A stretch of 63,156 nucleotides of DNA, the filler included, from Lenisia limosa (Eukaryota > Protista > Breviatea), in the NCBI GenBank assembly GCA_001655205.1. It is 14 parts of 14 records of this genome, joined end to end, with 100 filler letters (N's around TTAATTAATTAA, not from the genome) between each part and the next. Parts side by side here need not be neighbours in the genome. Positions count along the whole stretch, not along the records: positions 45,716 to 60,266 come from LPNZ01010859.1; positions 60,367 to 61,518 come from LPNZ01001391.1; positions 61,619 to 63,156 come from LPNZ01001196.1; 11 more parts are not named here. One strand, 5' to 3'. The position numbers and the translations under genes were made by a program. The notes under the pieces were generated by a model. The model saw only the letters and a program-made list of their open reading frames with translations. It was not told the DNA's origin and made no database searches. Shown piece after piece: positions 52,268 through 63,156 of the stretch (positions within the stretch are counted from its first letter, which is position 1; every line of letters begins with the position of its first letter).

Positions 52268-53994
52268 ATGAAGTTCCTGCTTTCTTTAATTGCCCTTCTT
52301 TGCTTTATCCAAGGATCTCTTGGACTTCACATGAAAATTGAAGCTTACAAGGAAGAGTGCTTTTTTGAAGACCTTGTCAAAGGTAGTGCTTTGCTCTCTT
52401 CAGTACTCCTTCTTACATACCAGACTCGCGCGCTTCACTTCAGTTTCAAGTTTTGAGCGGAGGCTTCCGTGATATTTCTGTTTCTGTAGGGTCCTATCGA
52501 TTGAATTCCGCTGTTTCTCACGTTTTTTAAGATTCTGGACCCTAATGGAAACCTTGTTTATCAAGGAGAGCGCGAAACTGAAAGCAGGTATACCTTCACT
52601 GCCTCCACCAACGGTATCTACAGGTTAGTTGAGGCTGAATTGTGTTTTCTATGCTGTTTATCCAAGAGTTTTGCTGATTCCCTTAGATTCTGCCTGAGTA
52701 ACAAGATCTCAACATACACCTCCAAGGTTGTTCAGTTCAGCATTGAAGTTGGAAAGGTTGGAACCCCCAACCACGACGAGTTTGCCAAGCCCGGTAAGTT
52801 GACAAAATGAGCATCAATAGAAACGTGTTGCTGACGAAAGCGCATTCACCCTTCTTTTTTTGATTGTTTTAGACCAAGTTGGCAGCCTTGGCCCCCAGCT
52901 TGACGATATGGCTGTCCACATGCAGCGTGTGTATGACGAGCATCGCTATCTCCGTTCCCGCGAGCGTACCCATCGTGATAGTATGCGGTACCTTGGCTCT
53001 TTGTATATCACGTTTTTTCGCTCCTAGTTGTAGAAATGAGTAATATGTAGCAGAGAATATAAATAGGTAGCATCTGCTCTGAAGATAAGATTAAGAGGGA
53101 AAGCAAGATGTTCTGGTTTATACGCAGCCTGTCTTTAGGCCAAATTTTTATTAACGATAGCTTTATATTGATTTCAATAGTTCAGTTATTGTTGAGAAAA
53201 TCTTTTCAATAAACGCTTTGAATCTGTTAATTGTAACATTTTTAAATTTTTTTCTTATTGTGAATGATGGTTTTGATTGTGGTTTACTGCATTTGCTGTC
53301 GAAGTTCTGCCCTTTTCACTTTTTTTTTTGTTTTGTTTTTTTATTTCTTGCAGCACCCACCACCCCCTTTCATCCTCAAGGATTTTGTGTCAATATTTTG
53401 GAAGTATTTTGTTACAATACGATATCCTTCCTTTGTAAAGTATTTGTTTTCTGAGTTTTTTGCCCCTTGGTGCCAAAGAATTTTGGTTTGCGCTTTATTT
53501 CTCTTAGTAATCAAGTCTAAGCTCTTGACATCCACCCTCCCATCATTGTGCCAAATAATCTTTGAGGCCTAGAGCGGTGTTGAGGGTTTGGTTTTGCTCC
53601 ATACCTTGTGTTAGCTGGAGTAATGCCTGATTTGTAGATTTTGATTTTTATCATTGAAATTCGCTTCGTCCCCCCACCCCCCTGACTTTGTGGTTTTTGT
53701 TTCATATCTCTTAATGATTAGTATCTTTACGCCAATATTCTTCATCAAATTTCCTTCGTTTTACCCCCCCAGCCGTGGAATCAACCAACTCACGAGTCAT
53801 GTGGTGGGCCATGTTTGAAATGATCGTCATTGGCGTCATCACTGGATGGCAGGTCTACAAGGTCACCTCGTATGGGGGAGAGAGAATTTGGCTATTTCTT
53901 TTTCACCTTGTTTTTTTCCCTTTCCCTCTCAGTTTTTTTCATTCTCACTCGCTACCACAGATTCTTCGAGGGCAACACAACAATGAGCATTTAA
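52268..53994 (+). CDS. p24/emp24 (TMED, GOLD-domain) cargo receptor, TMED2/Emp24-like
   Basis: Exons 52268-52382, 52424-52485, 52532-52623, 52687-52793, 52873-52980, 53773-53869, 53961-53994, all GT-AG and in frame. Signal peptide, EECFFE, GIYRFCLSNK, YLRSRERTHRDTVESTNSRVMWW, TM helix, cytosolic FF tail. Confidence 0.96.
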
Positions 53995-54151
53995 TGTTTT
54001 TGGTTTAATAGTTTTTCTTTCTATGATTATAGTTTTCTTCTCCTGTACAAAAAAATGGAACCCTGTTCGTTGACCAAATGAGAGGATAAGGGGATATATT
54101 ATTAATCACAAGCAACACGCGAGATCTTTAGGGCTCGCGACAGTGAATGAT

Positions 54152-55054
54152 CTAGTATTTGTCGAGGAGGATACCGAAGATGTCACCAAGGGCACGGCCG
54201 GCCTCACGGAAGTTTCCGGTCTTCCAGTCATACACGAGGGCCTTGACGTCCCTGAGGAGTTTTAGCGACGGTGACCATAATAATTATCAATGGAAAAGAG
54301 CTAATTTGAAAAATCATACTTGGTAAGTTCCTTGCCGTGATGGAAGATGTTTACGACTTCCTTGAGAACAAACTCAACAATCTGAACAATAAGGGGAGGA
54401 AAGAGGGAGGGAGCATGGAGAAAGAGAAGAGAAACAATATAACAAAAAAAGAGTGAATCTGAGAGTTCCAGAAAAATAATAAACCCGCCTCCCCGCTTAC
54501 TCCAGCTTCACCAGACTTGATAGCGGAAGCAATCTTGGCAATATCTGGTTCATCAGATAAACTATGACCAGTAACGCATTCCAACCTTCAAGAAGCTCCT
54601 TCTCTCCACAGTCCTTCAGGGCAACAGCGAGATCAGCGACACCTGCAGACATTTCTGGATGATAAATACTCCGAAGCCATAAACCCGATCTTACCTTGGA
54701 AACCCTTCACAATCATGTTAAGGTCAAGTTTCTTGAATCCGTGGTCGAGGTCGTGGAAAGCAACAGAGAAGTCGTTGTAAACCTTCTTCTCATCGGCCTC
54801 ACAGTCAGTGAAGTCTATATAAATTAAAAACAACCTTCGGACATTCACAAATAAAAACAAGCCTACTTCCGAGCTCCATTTCAAGTCCCTCAGCGAAACC
54901 AATGATAAACTGCTCAATATCCTTCTCAAGCTAAATAATTAGACCATATACCCTGAAACTGAAGACCTACGTCATTATTGAGGCGATGGAAAGGAGCGTG
55001 GCGGGCACTAGCCGCAACAACAAGAAGGCCAAGAACAAACAATAAGTACTTCAT
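54152..55054 (-). CDS. Secreted, predicted helical protein of ~180 aa, unknown function
   Basis: Six exons splice in frame: MKYLLFVLGLLVVAASA...IEQFIIGFAEGLEMELGNFTDCEAD...LAVALKDCGEK...DVKALVYDWKTGNFREAGRALGDIFGILLDKY*. Signal peptide and two Cys. Confidence 0.85.
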
Positions 55055-55146
55055 TATTTCTTGAATATGATGAAAAACAAAAAAACAAAAACTTTAAAAA
55101 GCAATTCCGGGAGACCCGGGTACCTAATAAGAAATTAAAAAAAAAT

Positions 55147-55218
55147 CGGTCACGATGGGGCTCGAACCCACGACCTTTCGCTTAGGAAGCGAACGCGATT
55201 CCACTACGCTACGCAACC
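55147..55218 (-). tRNA. tRNA-Arg(CCT)
   Basis: GGTTGCG/CGTGACC acceptor stem, TTCGC-TTCCTAA-GCGAA anticodon arm, GTTCGAG T-loop, A20 and G73. No intron. Followed by a T-run. Confidence 0.96.
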
Positions 55219-55239
55219 GGTAATAACTAAGGCATTAAA

Positions 55240-55251
55240 TTCAAATCCGAT
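55240..55251 (-). promoter_or_regulatory. Candidate Pol III upstream element AYCGGAWTTGAA (first of three)
   Basis: Found at 55240-55251, 55380-55391 and 55517-55528, i.e. -22 to -33, -22 to -33 and -21 to -32 from each tRNA 5' end, in otherwise divergent flanks. Confidence 0.55.
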
Positions 55252-55286
55252 CAAACTCTAAACAAAGTCGACGAAAAATAAAAAAT

Positions 55287-55358
55287 CGGTCACGGTGGGG
55301 CTCGAACCCACGATCTTTCGCTTAGAAGGCGAACGCGATTCCACTTCGCTACGCAACC
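55287..55358 (-). tRNA. tRNA-Arg(TCT)
   Basis: Same cloverleaf, anticodon loop CTTCTAA, intronless, T-run terminator. Confidence 0.96.
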
Positions 55359-55424
55359 AGGTAATCGTCGGCTTTCAATTTCAATTCCGGTCATAGTCTC
55401 AGGATGAGGAAAAAATAAAAAAAT

Positions 55425-55496
55425 CGGTCACGGTGGGGCTCGAACCCACGATCTTTCGCTTAGAAGGCGAACGCGATTCCACTTCGCTACGCAACC
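55425..55496 (-). tRNA. tRNA-Arg(TCT)
   Basis: Identical in body to the 55287-55358 copy; T-run terminator. Confidence 0.96.
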
Positions 55497-56024
55497 ACAT
55501 CGATATAACTTTTAGATTCAAATCCGATACCAATCAAAAATTCAGAATTTCCGTATTTTTTTGGGGCACAAATATTTTATATTTTTGAATTTCTCTGCTG
55601 ATTTGGCCCTTGCTTAAGGTGTATAGAGGAGAAAGGCTCGTAGCAAATATAATTTCTGATTTAAGGAAAGCTCAATCCGAAAGAATGACTGATAAAATGA
55701 AGACTGACACCATTTTCAGACAACTTTCCTTATGTGGGAAGTGAGATTACCTTTAAGCCACATTTTTTTTGAATTCCGTTTGTATCTCCTCCGGCAGTGA
55801 TCTTGTTATTTAGTGTTATTTTATCCCAATTACCGAAAGCAAAGAAGTTATTTGAATGCCAACCTCCCACGGCACGAATAGCTGGAGGGTTCCACGCCTA
55901 TCAAAGGCCTACATCTCAAATACGCTCTAGGCTTTGAACTAACTAGTCAAAGAGGAATAACAGCATCTATTATATTATATTATTAACTTAGAAATTCATA
56001 TCACCTATTATTTAGAAAAGCACA

Positions 56025-59000
56025 ATGGGACTTCTTCGTGAAGGAATCTTTAATATTGTAGGCCTTGTGTTGAGTCCTTTTGGGGGTGGTCTTGCTAACT
56101 GTTGGGACTGGCATTATTGTGAAATGTGTCATTGTTTTTCAATCTTATTCAGTCTTTTCTTGGGGGCTGTTTAAAATCAGAGGATTATCTTTAAATGGAG
56201 TGGTGTTTTCATTTTAATTGCAAATGTAATTTGAATTAATGTTTCCTTTTTCTTCATTGTCTCATTCGGTTCCCAAAGACTGGTAAAATGGTAATCCAGT
56301 CTTTTTCGAACCGAAAGTGAATAGAATACTGTCATTGTTTCCCTCATCGCTCATTACCATCAAATGCCCATTGATCATTCAATTCCTCCTTCAGCGTCTG
56401 TATTTTTCAAATATAGAAAATACCGTGGTAAGTCTTGACAGATTTGCCAAATGTCATTCCAAGGAAAATCAGTCCAGACATGCCATGGTTCAAAAAACAT
56501 GTCTTCGACATTTACCCCTCTTGTCAAACCGAACGTGAACTATGGATGCAATCAACATTATGACGATTGACTCCAATTTAGGCCGCTCACAATCCCGAGA
56601 GCTTCCCAGCAATCCACAAGAGCGGAACTCTCAGTAGGCTGGACAATCTGGGTAAGGAGTAGGGTTCACTTCAGTAAACTAGACTGAAATTCTCGAAAAA
56701 TCCTCGAAAACTATCGATATTATGACGACCTTTTTCGAACCGAAGTGAAGCCCAAATAAGGACGAATACCGCCTTCCCAATAAAGATCCTTTTTGGTCCT
56801 AAAAAGACTTAATTCTGGATAAATAGCGATAGTTTACCGACTTTATGAACGAAAAGCCAAGCCACAAGAAAATCAGCATTTGACTCTTTCAGGCGAGCAA
56901 ATTCATCGACAGGTGGACAGTGCACTTGATGTGGGAGGGGCTACTTTTTCATATTATTACTGTGACCAGGAAGTCGTGACCGATGTGCTGGCAAATAATT
57001 TCCCAATTCCCAACATTAACTCCCTAAATTTGTACTCTTTTCATCACTAAATGCACATTCCTCACAACTAATAATCGTTAGGATGAATGGACAATTCAGG
57101 AGCCCACTATCTTGAGTGAAGACGTTTTCGATGATGACCTTGTGAGGGAAAAGTGGTGATGGAGTGGTTTTTTCTCATTTATTTATTTGTGCTAATCATA
57201 TATATGGATAATATGTCATATATGTACATATATAATATGTATTTAACTCCCCAGGAAGCCTGCGAGTCAATGCAGACCCCAGGAAGACAATATGGATTCT
57301 TAAATGACAGTCAAGGTCGGCTGGAAGGCCATTGGAGGCCTTGTCAAGCATGGGGTGGTATTTGTGAAAAATGCTAAATATAAAGCTCAATATCCGTGTC
57401 AATAATCGAGGTCAGTACATAACTCTAAATTTTACGATGATAGATAACAATAACGACACTTGGAACATTAATTAACCTTACCATTATTTATCCCCAAATT
57501 CTCTACAAATACACGACTCAATGTATAAAATAATTTCAATCCCACCCTCCATTTCATCCATTTTATCTCTATCAATTCACTTTTATCATCACCTTTGCAT
57601 ATATTTGTTATTTCACTAATTTCGCTGTAACGTTTTATTAGTTTCCCATATTTTACAAATGCAGTGTACTTCAGCGACGCAGCGGATGAGGAACTTCCAA
57701 GCCTCGAAATTGAGCAGGAAGCCCAAATCCTTCAGCTGCCTTCGACTATCACTGTAAGCTACAAAATTTGAACAAATACATCTTGACCCAATAAATATAT
57801 ATCATATACATATTATTTACTTGGAAATCCCATGTTATATATGGAAATCTGAAGAAATTTATGTTTACCAAATGCCCCAACTTCGGAAAAATGAAAATTG
57901 GATTTATCAAAGTTACAGAATATTCAGACCTAACTTCATCTATACATAATTTTGTCACAAACACAAAGTTTTTAAAGTCTAACTATTTAGTATGAGGCTC
58001 CAGAAATCAAGGTTCGACCAGGTAAGATGGACTCAAAAACCTGGTATCTCACATAACATGATTCATCGCCAGTTTAATAAGTGTGGATAATGATAGGCTT
58101 TTTTTTCAACTCTCGTGTTTTCGCAAATGTTGAACCAGCATAGTTGATTCTGGTTGCTTTTCAAAAATTGACTCCCCTTTTTCGTAATCGGAATATTTTG
58201 CTCTCTAGCTCACACTCCCCTCTAGGCAAGGTTGAGCCTAAGGAAGTCAAGTTCCTCAAGCTCAACAGGCCCAAAACTGTCTCTGTCGAAGACGCTGTCA
58301 ACGTTATCGTAGCTCCCCCTGTAAAAGTGGGACGTTTTTGTTGAGCTTCACGTTTGAGCCTCGATGTGTAAATTATCGAAAACATTCAAGAATTTATCTC
58401 CTTATAAATGGCACAGGTTATATTATTGGTTGCTAATGAGAATAATGAGACTACATGCAGTAGTTCTGTTACAGCTTTCATAACGGCGCATTGACTTGGG
58501 TGCGATTCTTCTGAAATAATTGGGATTCCCTATGAATCCCATGGAAATCCATTCCCAATTACGACTTGGGAACCCCAAGTAGATGCGCCATATTTTTTTC
58601 ATATTGAATCTTGGTATTATTTCCAATTCAATGAAATGACATTTGACAAAGAATCCTCAATATACATATTTCAACAGATTTGTAATTCAAATTTTGGGTT
58701 AATATCAGATGAAATGAACTTAACATTCTTACGATATTACAATTAGATACCTGAAATCGTGTAATTTTTTTAGCCTACTGAAGTCGTTTATCATCCTGCA
58801 AAGGTTGGCTTCGAATTTTATATCTCCTTTTTCATTGCTCATTTTCCATAAAACTTTGTCCTTTTTTACTTTTTTACTTTTTTTTTATTTCCATCGGTAT
58901 CACATTTCACACCACAGGTTTACAACCCTGATGAGTATGCAGTTCGTATCTTGGGCGAACACCTAAAAAACGAGGGTCACATTATCAAGCAAGGTAAGAA

Positions 59001-59631
59001 AATGACTCATAATTTCACGGAGTTCCTTATATTTGAAATAATTGTCTGAAAACCTTCAAAATGTATTTTCGGCAAATGTGTTTTGAAAATATGAAACAAA
59101 AAAGTAAGCTCACAGACGAACAACCGAAGATTTGGGATTATCTTATTCACTGACGTAGTTATGACGCCTCCCCCCGTAGACCGCCCAATCTTCAACAACC
59201 CCGAGGCTCTGGCTTATGAGCGCCTTGGCGAGATCATCTCGAAGAGAACTGGACTCTTGTGGGCGTGTATGATTTAGTACATGTAATATGAGCTAGGTGA
59301 AATTGGATATGTATAATATATAGGTCTGAAATTTTATTTATAAATATTACAATATGTCATTTCAAATTTTGAAATTTATTTGTCAATTAATTGCACAAAT
59401 TAATAGATTTTTGGATTGTTCGCTCTTCCCCTCTTTTCATTTTGCCAAATCCCCTCTCCCACTGGCCTGGGCCTTGTTTTGTCCTCTTGTGTTGTCAGCC
59501 AACAGAGTTGATATTGGGCTTTCTGTTTCATCAATTTTCCAATTTTACTCCCCCCTCATTGGTTTAGCTTTGACACTATCACCGAAACTGAGTGGGAAGA
59601 AATTATGATGTCCGAAATAGCCATGCTCTAG
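56025..59631 (+). CDS. Multi-exon gene with many tiny exons, unknown protein (5' part tentative)
   Basis: The 3' exons join in frame: ...QLPSTIT|YEAPEIKVRPG|KVEPKEVKFLKLNRPKTVSVEDAVNVIVAPP|PTEVVYHPAK|VYNPDEYAVRILGEHLKNEGHIIKQD|RPIFNNPEALAYERLGEIISKRTGLLWA|FDTITETEWEEIMMSEIAML*. Confidence 0.6.
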
Positions 59632-61176
59632 TTCCATACTGGCTCACTTTTGTCGTTATGGTATTGGTATTATGGTATTGTTTCCCTAAGGTAAGCCTCT
59701 AATGTAAGTGTTGTTGACTCAAAATCGCAATCTTCCCTAAGTTAATCCTTCACGCGGTCCTCTATCCTCCCTCACTTTACCACTACCTCCACTCTAACAG
59801 TCTCTGCCCAGTACCCCCCTCCCCAGTCAACAGCCACTCCCAGGCTAATAGTCAAAAACCATACATCCATTCCAAACACCATGATAAAAAACCCGATCGG
59901 CGATCTAATCCGAATCCTGAGCCTCCTCCATCGGATCGTTGTCCTCTTCCGATTCCGACGCTTCCGAGTCATCGCCGACCTTGCCCAACAGAACATGGTC
60001 TTTCTGGGCTCGGTTAGGGGGGGTGAGTGGAATTGGAAAATTTGAAACAAAAAAAATCCCAAAGTCAACTCTGTTGGTACGAGGGGGACGGGGGATTAAC
60101 AAGTGTTGGGTTTCTTTCTGGGGCAAATATTGAGAAATAGTCCTTCTCACAAACCCTCGTAAACCTTCATTCCCCCCCACCCCCGCAAACCTTTTCCAGT
60201 TAATCACCCCCTCCCACAAGGGCTTCACTTCGACACCAAAACGACAGGAATCGAGAGTTTTCTAGGNNNNNNNNNNNNNNNNNNNNNNNNNNNNNNNNNN
60301 NNNNNNNNNNTTAATTAATTAANNNNNNNNNNNNNNNNNNNNNNNNNNNNNNNNNNNNNNNNNNNNAGAACTCAAGAAATCCCTGCACCTCTCGTCCAAC
60401 GACCCGATCATCTTGGATCGCCCCCTTTCCCCCACGCGGCCAATTGTCTCCCCCTTGCCTCCTGACCAGGTATACGTTGAACAACCTTCTTTTTTTTTCC
60501 TTTCTTTTTTTCTTGTTTTGTTCAAAAACATTTCTTTAGATGTCTTATTTTATTACTGCGATATTTTGGAGTAAATTGTCGCGAGAGAGAGAGCGGTCCA
60601 ACGTTATGCTATTATACAATATCAGCTATATGTCATGATACCCTTGACCATGTAACTGTGATAATTTTTGAAGTAAATTGTGAGAAACTCAGTAGCAGCT
60701 TGCATCTTGATATTTAAATTGATAACACATATTATGTGTAATAATAATAGATTTTTTTCTTATTTGGGAGAATCAATAAATTGGGTATCTCTTATTTATT
60801 AGCGTGATGGTGTGGACGGCTTCGGTCAGTTGCGACCTTGTTTTTTTTTCTCATTGCTATTGTGTTAACTCACCCCCCACAGACGTTTGTCCAAGGGCTG
60901 CGTGAACAAAACGCTGTACTTGGTGCTGTGCTTTCGACTTCTTATGAATTGGTGAGGGGAATATTTGAACTTCTAAGGAGCTATACGGAATGGGGGTGAC
61001 TGTGAGAATTTAGAAACAGACACCCACAATACCGTCCTTCTTTTTTCCTATTAATCGACCTAGTGTCCGGTCTTCACCAAGGAAACCGCGTTGCCATCCT
61101 CGTCCGTCCTTCAAGCTGTCCATGACGGCTGTATTAAGCTTTTGCAGTGGGAGGACAGTATTTTTGATATAATATA

Positions 61177-61253
61177 CAGTGACCGGGATAAGTCTTGACC
61201 GATTTTTCCTTGGGGAAATCACAGATCAAATCGGTCAAGACATAACGTCACCG
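61177..61253. mobile_element. Family B Tc1/mariner-type MITE
   Basis: TA|CAGTGACCGGGATAAGTCTTGACCGATT...AATCGGTCAAGACATAACGTCACCG|TA. Confidence 0.85.
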
Positions 61254-61784
61254 TATATATGAGTTTTTTTTTTTTTTTAGAATTATGTGGTTTTTTTATG
61301 AGGAATAAGTAAATAGACAATATTTGTTTGGGGGAGTTAACCAGGTAATAAAGAAATAAAACCACCACACTGAAATACACCACCAACTTTATTAACTCCA
61401 TTAGCTCGGAATTGGTCAAGCCGTCCACTCCCGGCCTTTCAAGCTACCTAAAGGACTTCCCCACCTTCCACCCTTCCCTCGACCCTCATTAGAGATTCCT
61501 CCTCCTGTGGAAGCTGCTNNNNNNNNNNNNNNNNNNNNNNNNNNNNNNNNNNNNNNNNNNNNTTAATTAATTAANNNNNNNNNNNNNNNNNNNNNNNNNN
61601 NNNNNNNNNNNNNNNNNNCTCCCGTGGGTGTAAACAGTTGATTTTGGAGGCTCCCGTGGGTGTAAACAGTTGATTTTGTGGATTAGTATTGTACCCTAAA
61701 ATATCTCTTGAATTCCCAACCCATCTTCAACACTAATCCCCTTTCAATATTGTCTAAAACTAACCACCTTTCAGGGCTACCTAG

Positions 61785-63156
61785 TCTTCCTCGTAATGGC
61801 TTATGTGTACCTTTGCAAGACCACCACCGAGATCTTTGATTGCACTCTCCTTCCCAATGGCGATAGGGTGGGCATACGGAATTCACTTCGGTTCGAAAAA
61901 AGACTGAATTTCTCGATAAATCCTCGAAAACCATCGCTATTTTACCCGTATTCCTCAGATCAAAGTGAAGCCCTAGTTACTAGGGCTTCACTCAGGTGAA
62001 CTATTGGAATATATCGATGATTTATCGAGAAATTCAGTCGGATTAATTCTCCTTTTAAACGATGTCACAGCGCGTAGTGTGCGATTGTACTCTCCTGTCA
62101 AATGGCAATAGGGTAGCTGCATATCTTTGACTTTTCAGCTTCTGGACGCCTCCCGTACGCTGCTCTGTTTTGATGATGATTGGTGAGGGCCTAATTATGT
62201 AAATTGTAGATATTGGGGGAAATGTTGACTCTTCCTTAGAAACACTTTGGCCTGTTACTTCGTTGATTCTCTGTTTAACCATAAGCCCTTCTCGAATAAC
62301 AGCCACAACACACACCTCTTTCATTTTGGTTCTTTTTTTTTTGCAGTTCAAGTTTTTGTTTTTGCAGATTAGTCTATTGAAACTAAGAGCATATTAGGTT
62401 ATTTTATTTGCAGTCATGTCTCCATTGGGACTAAGTTCATATTAAGGTTCTATTTTTTGCAGCATCGTCACTATTGAAACTAGGGCCATATTAAGGTTCT
62501 TTTTTGTAGTATCATCACTATTGAAACTTGGGCCATATTAAGGTTCTTTGTTTTGGAAGGAAACCAGTGTAATGATTCAGGTTCGACAATTTACCCTACG
62601 GGATAATGGCAGTGATCGTCTACGTAGTTGGCATCCCACTTGTCTTATGTTGGGGGTGGTGTTGATGAAACCATCTTGATTTATTTCATAAATTTTATTC
62701 TTTTTCGAAAAATCTTCACCTCCACAGTTATTATTTTGTTCTCGAAGAGACGGTCCCTCCACAGCTTCAAGTTTGCCTCATATTTCGGCTCTCTCTACCG
62801 GAGGTTTGCTCTTTTATACTGCTTCACTTCGGTTGCAAAAAGAATTCTCATCACTTCTCTTTTGACGAGGTCTTTTTAAGAACAAGAGGTTTAATTTTAT
62901 TTATCATATGTTTTGCTTCCCAACGGTCCGAACAAGACTGGTAAAAACATCGATAGTTATCAAGGATTTACCAAGAGATTTGGTCTTTTTTGGGACTGTA
63001 GGGAAGCCCTAATCCTCATTCTCACAAAACAACGGGGTTTATTGGATTATCTTCTCTCGAAATGATCAAACAACAGGTATGAGAAGTCGTTCTACTTTTG
63101 GAACTTCCTGGTGTTTGTTCGAAAGGCTGCGGTCGTGTCTGCCCTTGTCTTCTTCA
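61785..63156 (+). CDS. Partial multi-pass membrane protein, resembling the C-terminal TM region of large protist surface proteins
   Basis: Exons GYLVFLVMAYVYLCKTTTEIFDCTLLPNGDR|LLDASP, LPYGIMAVIVYVVGIPLVL, FASYFGSLYRR and YEKSFYFWNFLVFVRKAAVVSALVFF. Runs off the end of the window. Confidence 0.65.
62375..62552. repeat. ~47-bp intronic minisatellite, 4 copies
   Basis: CTATTGAAACTxGGGCCATATTAAGGTTCTTTTTTxGxAGxATCxTCA-like units. Confidence 0.85.

Noticed and set aside
29789-59567. Family C/D as a classical whole-intron Introner
   Set aside because: The 5' donor regions of the host introns are not similar to one another; only the 3' portion is shared, so whole-intron mobility is not supported by this window.
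3535-61574. Recurrent palindrome TTAATTAATTAA as a biological signal
   Set aside because: It always sits centred in N spacers and encodes stops in six frames: a standard contig-concatenation linker.

Overview
This is not one locus. It is a concatenation of 14 short contigs from an AT-rich, intron-dense eukaryotic genome, probably a protist (species not identifiable from this sequence). The contigs are joined by 13 artificial 100-bp spacers (44 N + TTAATTAATTAA + 44 N). Other N-runs look like low-complexity masking, so most ORF-track entries are artefacts. Fully reconstructable genes: a 7-exon p24/emp24 (TMED) gene (52268-53994), a convergent secreted helical protein gene (54152-55054) and three tandem tRNA-Arg genes (CCT, TCT, TCT). 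About a dozen partial multi-exon genes are also visible, including an ankyrin exon, Cys-rich exons and a multi-TM protein. The non-coding DNA is dense in short dispersed repeats: a ~98-bp hAT-type MITE (8-bp TSDs), a ~78-bp Tc1/mariner-type MITE (TA TSDs), a third fold-back family, a short hairpin element (family E) and a ~120-210-bp element (family C/D). The best candidate for an undescribed system is family C/D. It repeatedly lies in the sense orientation of introns and ends in a C-run right at or just before the 3' splice-site AG, as if it were a mobile or homogenised intron 3'-end module. A second new signal is a 12-bp motif at a fixed distance upstream of all three tRNA genes. No CRISPR array, rRNA gene or intact transposase was seen.
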